From contig CM052818.1 of assembly GCA_028534125.1 (NCBI GenBank), forward strand, positions 7,070,001 to 7,134,000: DNA of 64,000 nt. Direction: 5' to 3'. This document shows, in pieces, positions 35,701 to 48,760 of the stretch. The position numbers were made by a program, and so were the translations under genes. The DNA is from Lama glama. Its lineage: Eukaryota. Under the pieces are notes generated by a model. It had not been told where the DNA came from, ran no database searches, and worked only from the letters and a program-made list of their open reading frames with translations. Position 1 is the stretch's first letter. Every line of letters starts with the position of its first letter.

Positions 35701-38700
35701 GGGGCACAGCATTTACACCATGAGGTGTCAGGTGGAAACTCAGACACTTGGTCAATCCACTCAGTCAGTTTCTACCTTCATATGCCTTCATTTTCTCGAT
35801 GTGCATTTGTAATTGCTTTAAAGCAGTCCTGTCAATTTGACAGCCAGAAAGGGTAACAAAAATAAAGTCCAAATAGTTGACTTTAGAGTTTTAAGTAAGT
35901 TGTATAGGGGAACATATTAAGTATGAGGGTAACCATCAATTTGATTTCTCTTACTGTTCCTCCTGCTGATCACTTTGATAAGTTGACTGCTTTGCTTTAG
36001 GTAAAGTTTTAATTCTTTTAAATTAAAAATAAAGTTCATGAACTTTGTACTGGCTCAGAATGTGTGATGCTCTGCTTTAATCATTGGTCTGTTCAGTCAG
36101 TAAAATTCCTATACTTTTAAAACATTCCTGACTGTCAGACTATTAATGTTACTGCATGCTGCCATTTTGTTATCATTGTTTTGTATCATCATTGACTCGT
36201 GTGATCAGGTGTCCTTCACCACATGAGGGAATGAAGCTGGCAACAGCCATTTTCAAGTATAATCTAAAACTACTCCATATTTTTCCACCAGGTTTTGTGG
36301 CATCGTTTTTTAGCATTCATGTTAAAGGAGGCGCCCAGGATGGCCCTTCAGGTTTCTAGATGTGTTTAAGAACATGTAGCCAATGTTACTTGCTGGAACC
36401 AGCCCTGGAAAAGTTGAACTGGTGCCATATTTTTCATGCTACTATTATGTCTAGCTGTAAAACGAAGGAAGTGCTAATAACACTTCCTACTTGTTTAGCA
36501 CATTTTCCTCCCCAGCTCTCCGAGGCGTTGGCCAATATCAGGCAGGACTCCCAGTCTATATTTCTATTATTTTCTAATTCCTGTAACATAATGTTGCATA
36601 AGACTTCTACTCATTATCTTATATCCTTATGTTCTCCTAAAATTTGGAAAATAATGTTTGCTATTGTCATCCCCATTTCTCAGATGCTGAGAATAAGTCA
36701 CATCATGGCTAAGTCTGTGACCTAGGATTATGCTGTAATCAGCCACAGAGGCAGAAACAGAACTCAGGATTCTTCCTCAGCTTCATTTTATTACTGAGCA
36801 ATAGTTTTCCTCCTTTTCATATATACTTACAACAGGACCAAAGGAAATACATTTTCAGGTTCCAAAAGTATTTCTCATATCTCTTCTTCAGTGTTCCAAT
36901 GTTAGGATTTATACTAGATTTATTGTCTGAAGTAAAATTTCAGTGCTGGTTATAAACACGATCTGTTCCCATATTATTCCTGATTTGACTGCTATCCCAG
37001 AAGGTGATGGATAGTTGAAGAAAGAGTATAATGAATGCATCCCCTATTTTCTTTTTGCCCTTTTACATTTAATTTAATATGAAGTTGCTTTCTGCCAGGG
37101 AATATCATGAATGGACATATGTTAATAAGCCAGACTTTCTTCTCTTTTATAGGAATAAACTTAACAGAATATCTCCCCAAAGGGGGTCAGTTAGAGTGTG
37201 TTAATACTTGAGTGAGTACTTTCTAAACTTACAGGAGGAAGCAACTCCAACCCACTCAGAAAATGCAGTCGTTCCCGTAAAACTCAGTTACTACAGTCTG
37301 AAAATAGTTTGTGCTTTGAAATATATCTTCTCTAATTCTTTTTGTTAGTGAGTGTCTGTAAAACTTGAGGCGGAGTCTGTAAAAACTAGAAGAATTAACC
37401 GTTCTGCTTTAAAAAAATCTAACTGAGGAGTTTCTGAGGGTGGCAGTTTTTTTTCTTTTCCTTCAGAGCAACAAAAGTGAAAGTTGCATTTTGATCAATT
37501 TTGCTCAGCCTTCTTAGTGACAACTTCAGGCGCAAAGCGTGTGCTGGGGCACACACACAAAGCAGTCTTCTTGTTTCAGTGCCCTGCACGTGAACTGCTG
37601 CATGTCCACACATGCCACACATAAAGAGTCCATTCTTGCTCACACGCAGCCGAGGGAGGCCAGCCACTGCGGTCTTCTGCTCAGTGGAAATTGGCAGCCT
37701 TTCTCCTCCTGTAAACAACAGCCTGACGTCACCCCATGCAGCAGTGATAGCGGACCCACTTTAGAGATTCTCAATTGGCAGATCTGCTGAAGGCCTGTCA
37801 CTGGCTTTGATCATCTTCACTCACACTTGAATAAATGCAGTGCGGAGAGGTTCCTTAACAGCAGGAATGCTGGCGGAGCCCTCTAAAACGGTTTGTGAAG
37901 CACTTGACCTTGAATTTTCACATATAATCCTAACAAGAAACCTGAGTGACGAGCAGGAGAATTGTAGTCATTCCTATTTTAGAAACGAGCTAACTCCAGT
38001 CCAGAGAATTAAAGAGTTAGCAAGTGGTGGAATGACTGAAATTCAGGCCTGTTTTGTCTTTCTTTTTACTATATTAAATAACTTCTCTAGTAATTGTTAA
38101 TTGTTCTATTCTGTTACTTCCTCTCCCTTCTAAAATGTGTGGGATGATGATTTATGAGTTTTTCCCCAGTCAAGACATCTGTGCATTAAAATCAGATATA
38201 GTCTTGTTGCATTTGGGAACTCCCAGAAAATACGTTAACCTACTCCCTTGCCTCAGAGAGAGCCTTTTGAAAAATCCAACGTCAAGTCTACACTCACCAT
38301 CCTAATTGGAAAGATTTATTAACAAGATGATCCTGTTCTTCATTTGGTCTCTGAAAGCTGCATAAAATTGAGAGGCTGAATGATCGTAATTCTTTTGTGT
38401 TATTAACAGGAAGAGACAAAACCAACTTGAAGGGGCTGTTCTATTAGTTAGCAATCAGGAGTTTATTAGGAAGGAGGGAAGAGCTGAGCTACTGGTTAAA
38501 ATGTAACTTACTTGTATAAATAGTTGTCTTTCTCACGTGCCCACTTCTAGTTTATTTTCGGGCAGTTATGAAAAGTGAAAAAGTATAATGCCCTTTCATG
38601 ATTTATGGTTGCATATGTGGTTTGGGAATCCTTCAGGTTGCAGATAACTCTTGGTTTTCTGTTTTTGACTCTAAGTGGATTTTTCAATGTGACGTTAAAG

Positions 38701-39899
38701 AAGAAGCAGGAAGAGTGTTTAGATATGTGTGGACTGTCTGCAGTCAAGTCCTCGGACCTTAACTTCTCTGATGAACGCCCCAGCTTGAGCCAGCTCCACT
38801 GATTTTGAGGTATCTGTTTAGGAAATGCAATTAATATTGATTTTAACTTACTCCTGACAGAAAATATGCCTAAATCCTATGTATTAAAAAGGCAAATATA
38901 ATTTTTTAAAAGGCTGCTTTCTAAAATTGCACTTTGGCACACAGTAGGCACTCAAAAATGAATTTTAAATGAAACTGATCATCAGAAGCTAACTATGTTA
39001 GCAACCTCAGTAAATTAGCATCTACATAGTAGTTGACTGAAGCATACCCCAGGAAAAAAGTGCATTTGGGGTGAAAGAAACATATGTTGTTGGATAATGT
39101 AAAATGAACCAAAAGAGCTGTTTACTTTGCTTTTTATTTCACTAAATGGAAAAAAATGATTTTGCCTTTAAAAGTCAGTAGTGCTGGTTTTAAAAACTAG
39201 AGCAGGTTTAAGGAATAGAGGGAGAGGTAGTACATCAAATCTGCTTTAACAAAGAAAACAAGTCACTGCCTTCTCACCATCTTTTGCATCTTTCTGTCTG
39301 TGACAGAGAATAGGAGCAAGTAACAGCTGCCAGTCAAAGCCCCTCATTTTCTGCTGGGCAGTGAAGTCTCAAAGTCTGGGTGTGTGGTGGGGGGAGTGGA
39401 GCAGCTGGTGCAGTGAGCAGCCCTGGCGGTGTGCGCGCTGGTGCCAGTGCCGGCACCAGTGCCGGGCTTCCCCAGGGCTGCCCTTTCGGGAAGCCCGTGC
39501 CCACTTCTTCCAGGAATGGCTGCAGGGGTCTGCCCAACCCAGTTTTAAGTTAAAAAAAAAAAAAGAATGCCAAGTGTCCCAGTCTATGACTTAACAGCAT
39601 GGAGTTTCTCATCCCTGCAAGAGGCTGTTTGCAATTGTAAACACATAGTAGTAAGGGTAGAGGACAGATGTTAGGTAAGTGAGAGCAGTAGGGGAGCTTT
39701 GGGAGAGCCAAGCTGACCTTAGATTTTAACTCTTAGGTAATTAGCTTGCTGTCTGTTCCACAGTGGATATAATATGAGCAGAAGGCAAGGCAGCATTTGA
39801 ATTTTAACCCTTCATAAAAAGCATTAGCTTTTTATTTTAGCATTTCAGAGTTTGTTGGAAAATACCATTTTGGCAGGTTTGTCGCAAGTGAGATACCAC

Positions 39900-40110
39900 C
39901 TGATTTGTATGGTGCATTGCTGTTCACAAGCACTCTCAGGAGCATTGTTTTATTTAACACCCAAAGCCTTAACTACCTTGTGAGGTACTGCCCTTCCCCT
40001 TTATAAATGAGAAAACAGAATTCCGAGAGTTTGTGACTTGTTGAAGGGCTCCCAGCTAGTAGATAGAGCTCAAGCTTTGACTAGAATCCCTGTCTTTTGA
40101 CTCCAGTGTT
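39900..40110 (-). mobile_element. MIR SINE
   Basis: 'ttataaatgagaaaacagaattccgagagtttgtgacttgttgaagggctcccagctagt' reverse MIR core. Confidence 0.65.
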
Positions 40111-42019
40111 CCCTTCACCGAGCTGGGAACAAGCGCCTTGGTAACACCCAGCTTCGTGGTCTTCCCTTCTCTCACTCTCCTGTCTGCACAGAAAACCACA
40201 GTCAGCAAATCCAGCTTAGTGACCAGTTCCTGTTGCTTTGAGTAAGAACATACATACTATCAAAGGGTGGCTTCTTGATTGACTTTGAAGTTAATAATCC
40301 AATAAAAAAAGAGGAGCCTTGTTATTTCTTACTCAGAATCAGAATAGTAATACAGAATGAACCTTAGGGACCATTTGGTTTTAATACACATTGTTTTACC
40401 CAGAGTAAAGCCCTTCATAAGGAAAGTGAAACTCTTGTTAATTGCAGAGGACTGGAGCCCATTTCCCCAGACTCAGACCAGTGTGCTCTTTCTTTTAAAA
40501 AGGACACCTCCTTAAACAGAGGCTACAGTTCTCATCCTAGGAGCTAATTTGACTTGAGTTTCCAGCAGACATTCCTGGGCATCTACCCTGTGCTGGAACC
40601 AGCCTTGTGGGTGTTTAGGATCTAAGGAGGGGAGACTTACTCTAGAGTGACATATACCAGTACTAAGTGTTCAGCCATTTAAGAGACTAAGAATATCACA
40701 GATAGATTCATGGGTAACTCAGATTTGGTCTCAGTCTTTTGGAAACATTTATGAAGAAGCCCTTTTTTATATGACCTTCTATTTGCTAGAAAAATGACAA
40801 CTGTGACCCCTTTGGAGTGTTTCAGAGTATCGCTGCCCATCCTTGAGAAGCTGAAGTGTGAAGATTAAAAAAGCAAATCAAATTGTCGTTGTTAGCACCA
40901 GATTTCTCTTTAGGCATTGTCCCTAGAAGTTTTGACTGAGAAAATTGTATATTCCTTGTGCCTTGGTATAACTTTTAACTCCTTGAAGTACATTTTCAAG
41001 GAACTGATGGTGAGGGAGTTCAACTGAGAGCCCAGAGAGCCTCTTTGAACCCTCTGGTAATTTGGGCAGTCTCCAAGTCAAGCTGAATTGATAGCGAATG
41101 CAAAATTGATCAGCATGGTTACAAGTTCCATTATATAAAAGAGATCCCTTTGCCAACAAAAACGCTCACAGAATGCCTTTATAGGATCTAACTTGCACCA
41201 GAATTAAACTTGTCTTTCTCAGTTGTTACTTCCAAAGCTGAACAGACTGCATTGTGTAAATGGGTCAGTTTGTGCAGTATTCTGCATGAAATGTTCAGGT
41301 ATATGCAAAGGCAGCTCGACTATAAATTTCAAGGACAAACTAACCTCCAGGAAAGCAGATATAGAAGGAAGCTATATTATGTTCTTAGAGAAAGAGAAAC
41401 TTCTCTTTAATTTCTTAGGCTCTTGGCTTGGATCGTGCTTACCTCTGTCAGCTCCAGGCAGCTGAGCTTCATTCTCTCACCTTTCTGCCTCTAAGTCCTT
41501 GAATCACACTCAGCGGTACGTGCTTATGAGCAGGTGATTCTACCCTCATTCCGTTCTCTAGGGCCTAAGAACTGGATGGAGTGATTTGGGGTTAGCTTTA
41601 GAAAAATAAACAGATACCCCATTGACTACAGTCTGTGTAGTACCTTTCTACCATTAATGTGTCTCATTGGCTTCAAATCAGGCAGAGGTAAAATATAAAT
41701 GGTACGTGGGTAAATTTTGCCAAAGAGGCTTTGAGGGTCCTACCTTCCTTTACCATGTTTACCCAGAAGTGTCCCTCATTTCATTTTGGTAGCAAAGACC
41801 AAAGTTGAGTTTCAATAGCAATCTCTTTGTATTTGTGGCTTTTTATGAGTCGCACCAGTTTTCCCTCTTAGGTGATAAATGGTGGTTGTGGTGAAGGGGA
41901 ATTCCATAGATTTTAGGGCAAGAACCCAACTCATTATTCATTCAATCCATTATTCATTATTTAAATGTTCAGTTCATAACTTCAGCCCCCAAGACTTTAG
42001 GAGAAAAACAGATATTGCC

Positions 42020-42507
42020 TGTCTGTTTGTTTGACGGGAGGTGTTGGAAACCTATCCGACTAACTTAGAAAACGGACTTACTGACATACAGAATGTAAGA
42101 AATGCTCGGGGCCACCAAGCTGTGGGAAGAGCAGTATTGCAGTTGTTTAAACGTGGTGAACATTGCCAAGACTCTCATTGTCTTTCATCTCTGCCTCTTT
42201 CTGTATGTTTGTTTCATTCCTTCTCGTGGCTAGGAACATGGCCACCAATGGTTTATCTTATAGCTTCTGTCACTGAAAAATTCTCTGGATGCCAAGTTAA
42301 AAAAAAATCATAGGCAAGGAGCTCAGATCAATGAGGGTCATGTGTCCATCCCTGGGTCACTCAGCAGGGGTCAGGGAGGTGGGGGTCCTGGAAAAATGAT
42401 GACACATGTGTTTAGCCATATAACTACAAATGGGTAGGTGGGTATTTCACAGGATAAGAGATGATTGTTGGGAAGAAAATTCCCCAGCATGTATGCTCAC
42501 TGCAACA
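42020..42507 (-). mobile_element. Old MLT1-type LTR fragment
   Basis: 'cctatccgactaacttagaaaacggactta', 'gggtcatgtgtccatccctgggtcactca' MLT1 motifs. Confidence 0.6.
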
Positions 42508-42515
42508 TGTCAGAC

Positions 42516-42764
42516 CAGTGCCTTTCAAATGTTTTCACAGAAGAATCATAGTAAAAAATGTTTTACACTGAAGCACACATATATATACACGTTTAATTGA
42601 AAAAAAAAATTGTGAAACAGTATTCACCCTCACTATGTTACAAGGCATTCTGGTACTTTCTCTTACATTCTATTAGAGTTCATTTTTAAGTAATGTTGGT
42701 TATAATCTACCTAATTGATTTCATGACCCATTAATGGTTAAGATCTGTAGTTTGAAAAATTCTG
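42516..42764. mobile_element. hAT-Charlie MITE (MER112/MER113-like)
   Basis: TIR-like cagtgccttttcaaa ... tttgaaaaattctg; 8-bp TSD tgtcagac/tgctagac resembling the Charlie NNCTAGNN preference. Confidence 0.7.
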
Positions 42765-43429
42765 TGCTAGACATTAAAAGTAGCAGACAGGTAAGTTCAC
42801 ATGCATACAGATACTTGGGCATGGGTATTTGTTCAGTCCTGTTGAAGAAATGACTTATGTTCTAGAAGGATGCTGGGGTCTTGGAGGTGACAAATATGTA
42901 ACATGAATACCTTTTCCAGTTTTCGTGGTGTTTTTCCTACCGAGGAATATTTTGGAGCCAGTCCCTTTGTAAAGTGAGCAGAACAAGTGCTATATGCCAT
43001 CAGCTGCACTCCACTCTGTTTTGAACTTACCTTTGGGTGAGAAATAATGAAATCCTGTGGACCTAGAAAATTTCCCAAAGTGCTTTCACTTCTCTCTTAA
43101 AACAAAACATCAACACAGCTTTCTTGAAAACTTTATTTTGGCAGTATGAAGGGCAGCTGTCCTGATCATCGTAATACTGTAAAAGGGTGAGTGAAGTCTT
43201 TACTTATTCAAGAGTCGGTTGAAAAACTAAGGCCTCTTATTTTTTATTTTCTACTGAAACATTTGAATCCCCAGCCTTCTATCTTTTAAGTTGAACTGAG
43301 AGATTCAGATGGAAACTTTTAACAGCAGTAGAGCAGAATGACTCCTGAATGACATATGAAAATGCAGAGAAGACTGGTAGAGTTCCTTCCTGCAGGAGCC
43401 CATGGAGATCCTAAATAGCTAACTGATTA

Positions 43430-43819
43430 GCATAAAGTGCCATAAGTCTCACTGTGAAACGCAAAGCGAAAAAATCGTCTAGAAGAATATATTGGGGAAT
43501 ATAGAATTAGGAATACAGAGAGATCTCATAAACAAGGTACAAAAAAGTACTGACCATGAAGAAAGAGACTGATAAAAAATTTGACTACTGTCGATGGAAT
43601 TTCTGTTCACTGAAAAGATTGGAAAAGGTAGGTTTGGAAATGTATTTAGAACACGTATAATAGACAAAGGACTCATAGTCAGAATATATAAAGAACTGTT
43701 GGTGGGAGTGTAAATTGGTACAACCATGTTAGGAGGAAGTTTGGCAGTATCCAGTAAAGCTGAAGATAAGATACCCTGTGAGCCAGCAGTTTCAGTCCTA
43801 CTAGGTTTATAACTTGGAA
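43430..43819 (+). mobile_element. L1ME fragment (continues at ~45113-45330 after the Charlie1 insertion)
   Basis: 'tgttggtgggagtgtaaattggtacaacca...tttggcagtatccagtaaagctgaagataagataccctgtgagccagcagtttc'. Confidence 0.8.
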
Positions 43820-45112
43820 CAATAGATCCTCAAACCTTTTGATCTCACTGTACACTCTTAAAAATTATTGAGGGCCTCAGAGAACTTATGTTTATGTGGA
43901 TTATATCTGCTGATGTCTACCATATTAGAAAATAGAGAAATTTATAAAATATTTGTTTATCCATTAAAAAACCCATTATGTGTTAACATAAATAACTTAT
44001 TTTTATGAAAAATAACAATTTTTCCAAAACAAGCAAAAAAATTTAGTGGGAAGACTGGCATTGTTTTCCAGTTTTGCAGATCTATTTGATGTCTAGCTTA
44101 ATAGAAGAGAGCTGGATTCTTAGATCTGCTTTTTGTATTCATCTGTTATGGTATGTTGTTTTGGTTGAAGTTTATGAAGGAAATGTAGCCTCACACAGAT
44201 ATGTGGTTGGAAAAAGGAGGGGTATTTTAATAACCTTTCCAATTGTAGATATTCTTTGTGAAATCTGAAACTGTATCAATGAACTTTTAATTATTTATTA
44301 CATTAAAATCTTTTAGTTTAGCTTGCACATTGAGTAGATTCTTCACACAACTGTTTTTGTAACGTCATACACTGATTATTTGGGAAATAATTGTTTCACC
44401 GACTTATGCAGATCTTTTTGTTATTGACACACTTCCATATACAATATTAAAATGTCACATTCTTTAACTTTACTACTGATCTCATCAGAAAAGTGTTTAA
44501 ATATGTCAAGGACATAGTGGCAGATTCAAGTTTTCCAAAATTCTCATTTTTATTTCAAAGCCCAAATTTTATCACTGGCACCAAAACTCAGTTGTTTTTC
44601 TCTAAAGGATAGGCTCACTTGTCTGCCAGATACTCAAGTCTGAATAACCGCAGTTTGCGTGGCTGTCATTCCTTCAGGAAGAATGGTGTCCCATGAAAAA
44701 GGCAGCTGCCGTCAGCTCAAAGGCAAACAATTGCCCAAGCACCTTCTCCGGGCCCCCTGGGTACCTTGGTCTGAGGCAGAGGCGCTTTCTGTGTACTCTC
44801 CCATTTAGTCACACGGAACATTAGAAAGACATGTACTTGAGGGCTGAGATTTAATGAAAGTAATATTTTTTTCTGCTTTAGAGTGTGGTAGTGAGGAAAA
44901 CAGTGACTGCTGGTGCAGTTTGCTGCCACTGCCTTTGTTCATGTCATCCAAAATCCTCCAGGGTTTTTCACTGTTGTGAAGAAGGCAAATAATGTCTTAG
45001 AATTTGTATGAAAATAGTTTCGACTTTGTGGGCCCTCTGAAGGGGGCTGGGGATCCCCCACGATCCTAGGACGCCTCTCTCTCCAGGAGTTGGACCACAC
45101 TTGAGAACAGTG
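43820..45112. mobile_element. Charlie1(a/b) hAT DNA transposon
   Basis: 'ctcaaaccttttgatctc...tacactcttaaaaattattgagggcctcagagaac' and terminal 'ggaccacacttgagaacagtg' followed by the ccctagag target. Confidence 0.85.
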
Positions 45113-47289
45113 CCCTAGAGAAAGCACCACTCTCTTGCACCAGGATACACTAGGATGCATCAGGGTCGCATGGGGAGGGGGGGACATATGTTTAAGAAGG
45201 GGTATACGGTGGGGAGCGTGCTTCTGGGATACTGATAACATTCTGTTCCTTGGCCTGGGTGGAAGTATTTGTTCTACGATATGGGAATCTGTCCATTTTT
45301 ATTTGTGCACTTTCCTATACATCTTTTACTTACCAGTCTGATTCTCTGACTTTGACTAGTTAGTCCCTGGTTTAGTGATACAAAGGGTACTGAGAATGGA
45401 AGAACTACCCTCCAGTGCCCCCCTGTTTGTATTGTATCTGGGATGTCTTTGGCCGACCGTTACTGCATTTTGGGCTATGGTTCCTTTGTTTATATTACAG
45501 TTGAGGTAGGAAGTCAAGTGCTTCTAGTGTGTTTTCCCTTTCGTAGTTTCTGACATGGCTAAGGCAGTGAAAATTATGAGGAGGGAGCTTCTTTTTTTTT
45601 TTAATTAAAAACTTTATATAGTGCTTAGTTACTTGAGACTTAGGGACCTTACCATAGAAGCTATTTCCATATCCTTATTTTCTGGAAGGGGAACAAAATG
45701 AAAAGTGACTTGAATAAGGACACACGTGGAGAATAAAACCATTTCTTTTGCTGTTGTTAAATCATAAAACTATGGTGACCATCTGTGAAATAAGAAGTAG
45801 TAATAAGATTTTGGCATTACTGGATTATCTTACTTATGGTCGTGCTCTTTGAACACTTTCACTTTGATTGTCTAATGTTACTTGGTAACACCAAATTAGC
45901 ACAAAAAGTTCTCATACTTCCATTTCATAGATAAGAACACTGAGGTACAGAAAAGATCAGTAAATTAATTCAGTAGCAAAGCCAGGACTAGTCTAGATTT
46001 CACGGCTCCTTAAATTTGCTCTTCCCACGAAGCTAGTTTAATTGTATGGGGTTCAAGATAGTCAACAAAATCCTTGCCTCATTGGTCCTCTTGCTGCAAG
46101 CTGAGCTCTTGCACTTTGGGTCAGGAGCATCAATCAGTGCCCTGTATGTACATCAGCACCATCTCCCATGCTTCCTTATGTTCCAAACTTGGAATGAGAA
46201 TATTCAGAAAACCACAAAGACTGAATTTCAATTTCGTCTGCTAGAAACTGAGTCCACTGAGGTATGCATTCTAGGCTACTAATCATAGCCTTCAACCTGA
46301 ACCCACGTGCTGTAAGTGAAAGGAGTGTGCACACTCCATTTATTAGCTGCCAGGGTGACTGGAAGGTGATGGAGCTGGACTGCAGGTAAAACTGATAAGC
46401 TTTCAGATGTACCTGATTTTCCAGCAGGACTGTCTTCCTGCTCCTTGGCCGAGATTCACACACTCAGGATTTGTGTGTGCAAGAGTGTATGAACTAAGAA
46501 AACAGAGTGATCCCTGCTTGGTTGCCACAGGTCAGGTGAAGACTGCCTGGATTCTGGAGGGTATGGGAAATGGCCCACAGAACTAGCTATGACTTAAATG
46601 GACATGTGAAGTCTTCACGTAGGTGTCTAACAATCTCTAGCAACAGAGTGAGGGAATAAGGGGGAAAAAAAGGCTCTTTTTATAGTTTGCCCAGGCTAAA
46701 ACTTCATTCTTTTTTTGAAAGTAATGTTTACTTATGTTTAATGTTAGAATCCCAGGATAAATACAAACATTTTTGGATATTATAGGTCCTGTGTTTCACA
46801 ACCAGGATCCATATTCAGTAAGTATTTTTCTCATTAACTTCTGCCAGGATATTATTTTTGAGATTTAGGTCTTAATCTGAGTCTTTCACAAGTGAAATAG
46901 AACAGAAATCTTAGAAATGAATCTACAAATTGCATTCTTCCTGATTCATTTCATATAAGGCTGTCTAATTTTAAGCAGCCCCCCCCCCAAATGGTGGCTG
47001 CTCTTGCCCCAGTTTTCCCCTTCTAACCAGGCCCGATGCAGCTGCCGCAGAAAGTGTCATCATTGCTCAGAGAAGCTGAGGCTGGGAGTGGAGGAAGGAG
47101 GCAAAGCTATGGAAACAGTGACTGGGGAGCAGACCCCAGGAACAAAGCCCGTGCACTCATACTGTGGCGGTTTCCTGTCCTCTTGTCCACGACCAGAGTT
47201 CTTTTTCTTATTTATCCTCATCAAGTGCCATTGGAAAGAGTAACAGGTGTGGGGGAACAAGAGTCTCCTTTAAAATACGGCTGGGAGAA

Positions 47290-47530
47290 AAAGAGCGTGA
47301 GTGCGGAGCTTGACACTCCAGACTTGAAATTGGGCGTTGCCGCCTCCCAGCTGTGACCTTTGAGCAGGTTGCTTTACCCCACCTAGCAAGTCTGTTTTGT
47401 CTTCTGTGAATAGAGATAATTGTACCTACTTCCCAGCGTTACTCTGGGATTATACACTGTATGCATATGGTGTACATGACCCCACACCTAGGATGCAGTA
47501 AGTGCCCAGTAGATGACAGCTCTTATCATA
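47290..47530 (+). mobile_element. MIR SINE
   Basis: 'cagctgtgacctttgagcaggtt...cttctgtgaatagagataattgtacctacttcccag...cagtaagtgcccagtagatgacagct'. Confidence 0.75.
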
Positions 47531-47874
47531 TATGCAAACAACTAAAAAGTTCATTCATGATCCCTACAGCATAAATTATTTTTATGACAAGGCTTGATTC
47601 CAGATACCTGTTTGAACTCTACTCCCTGGAGGGGCTGACACTTTGAAAGAGGACAGTAGGGGACTTTTAGTGTGGAGATGCTAGGAAGAAGGGCAGGCCA
47701 AGGTGAGAAGTCAAGAAACACACAGCATCATAAGGTCCTGGAAAATGGGGGGAGGAACACTAAAACATGAGACTAGGTACATTCTTCCCCCAGAAGAGGG
47801 GTGAATTCCTCTTCTCCCTCCCCACTGAACCACATACACATTGCTGCTAGGACCCCAGACTCAGGCTGAGAGTG

Positions 47875-48040
47875 TTAGTACTGTATCTGCCCTCTGGCTG
47901 CACATCCAATCACCTGCGGGGCTTATAAAGAAGGACCTAGGCTTGGGCCCTGCCCCAGTCCCTCAATCTGAATCTCTTAGGGGATGAGACCCAGCAGCAC
48001 TTTAGGTAACCAGTGTGCAGCCAGGGTGGGGAAGCACTTG
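47875..48040. mobile_element. MER5A hAT MITE
   Basis: 'ctggctgcacatccaatcacctgcggggctt...aatctgaatctcttagggg...gtgcagccagggtggggaagcact'. Confidence 0.7.
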
Positions 48041-48169
48041 AGCTACATAGGTTAAGTATACTTGTGAAGGCTAGCCTGGAGACCTGCCCATTCCAATACT
48101 AGACAAGTGGGAACTTTCCACACAAACACACACACACATGAATGTGCATATGCAGTCTTAAATAAAACT

Positions 48170-48760
48170 TAGTCCTTCATTGATTCAACAATCAAGAGGG
48201 GTGTAGAAGAGATGCTATTGTCAATACTTTTAAGTGGAGAAATAAGCTTTATTCACAAATAACTATAAAAATTCCCAGATTTCATGAATGCCATATAGAG
48301 AGGCATTTATTAGGATGACAGTTCAGAGGAAGGACAAAGTATCTTTATTAGTGTTAGCAGGGATAGTCTGGGGCCTTGAGGAAAAAGAAGGGAAAGGTAT
48401 TTCAGAGAGAGGGAATGTTATGAGCCAAGACTTGGAGATGGAAAAGCCCAGGGCATATAGAGGAACAAACAATAGGTGGACCAGCTGGGGAGAGAGTTGA
48501 AGTTGTTGAAGTTCGTGCTAAGGAATTTGGCAAGTTAATGCAGGGTTTGAAGAGGAGGGTGATGTGAGTGGAGCTGTCTCTAGGAAGCTGGAACTGATGG
48601 ATGGTATTCTGGGGAGAGAGGACTGGAAGAGGATGCATTTCCACAAACCTGTAGAGTTGAACATAGACGTAGAGTTGAACAGTGAATGGTCTTGGAGGGG
48701 TGACAGGGAGAGAATGGGAAATGCGAGAGGAGGCAGCTGGCTTGGAGCAGAGGAAACTCA
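48170..48760 (-). mobile_element. Degenerate L2 fragment
   Basis: Purine-rich antisense L2 motifs 'ggtatttcagagagagggaatgttatgagccaagacttggagatggaaaag'. Confidence 0.6.
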
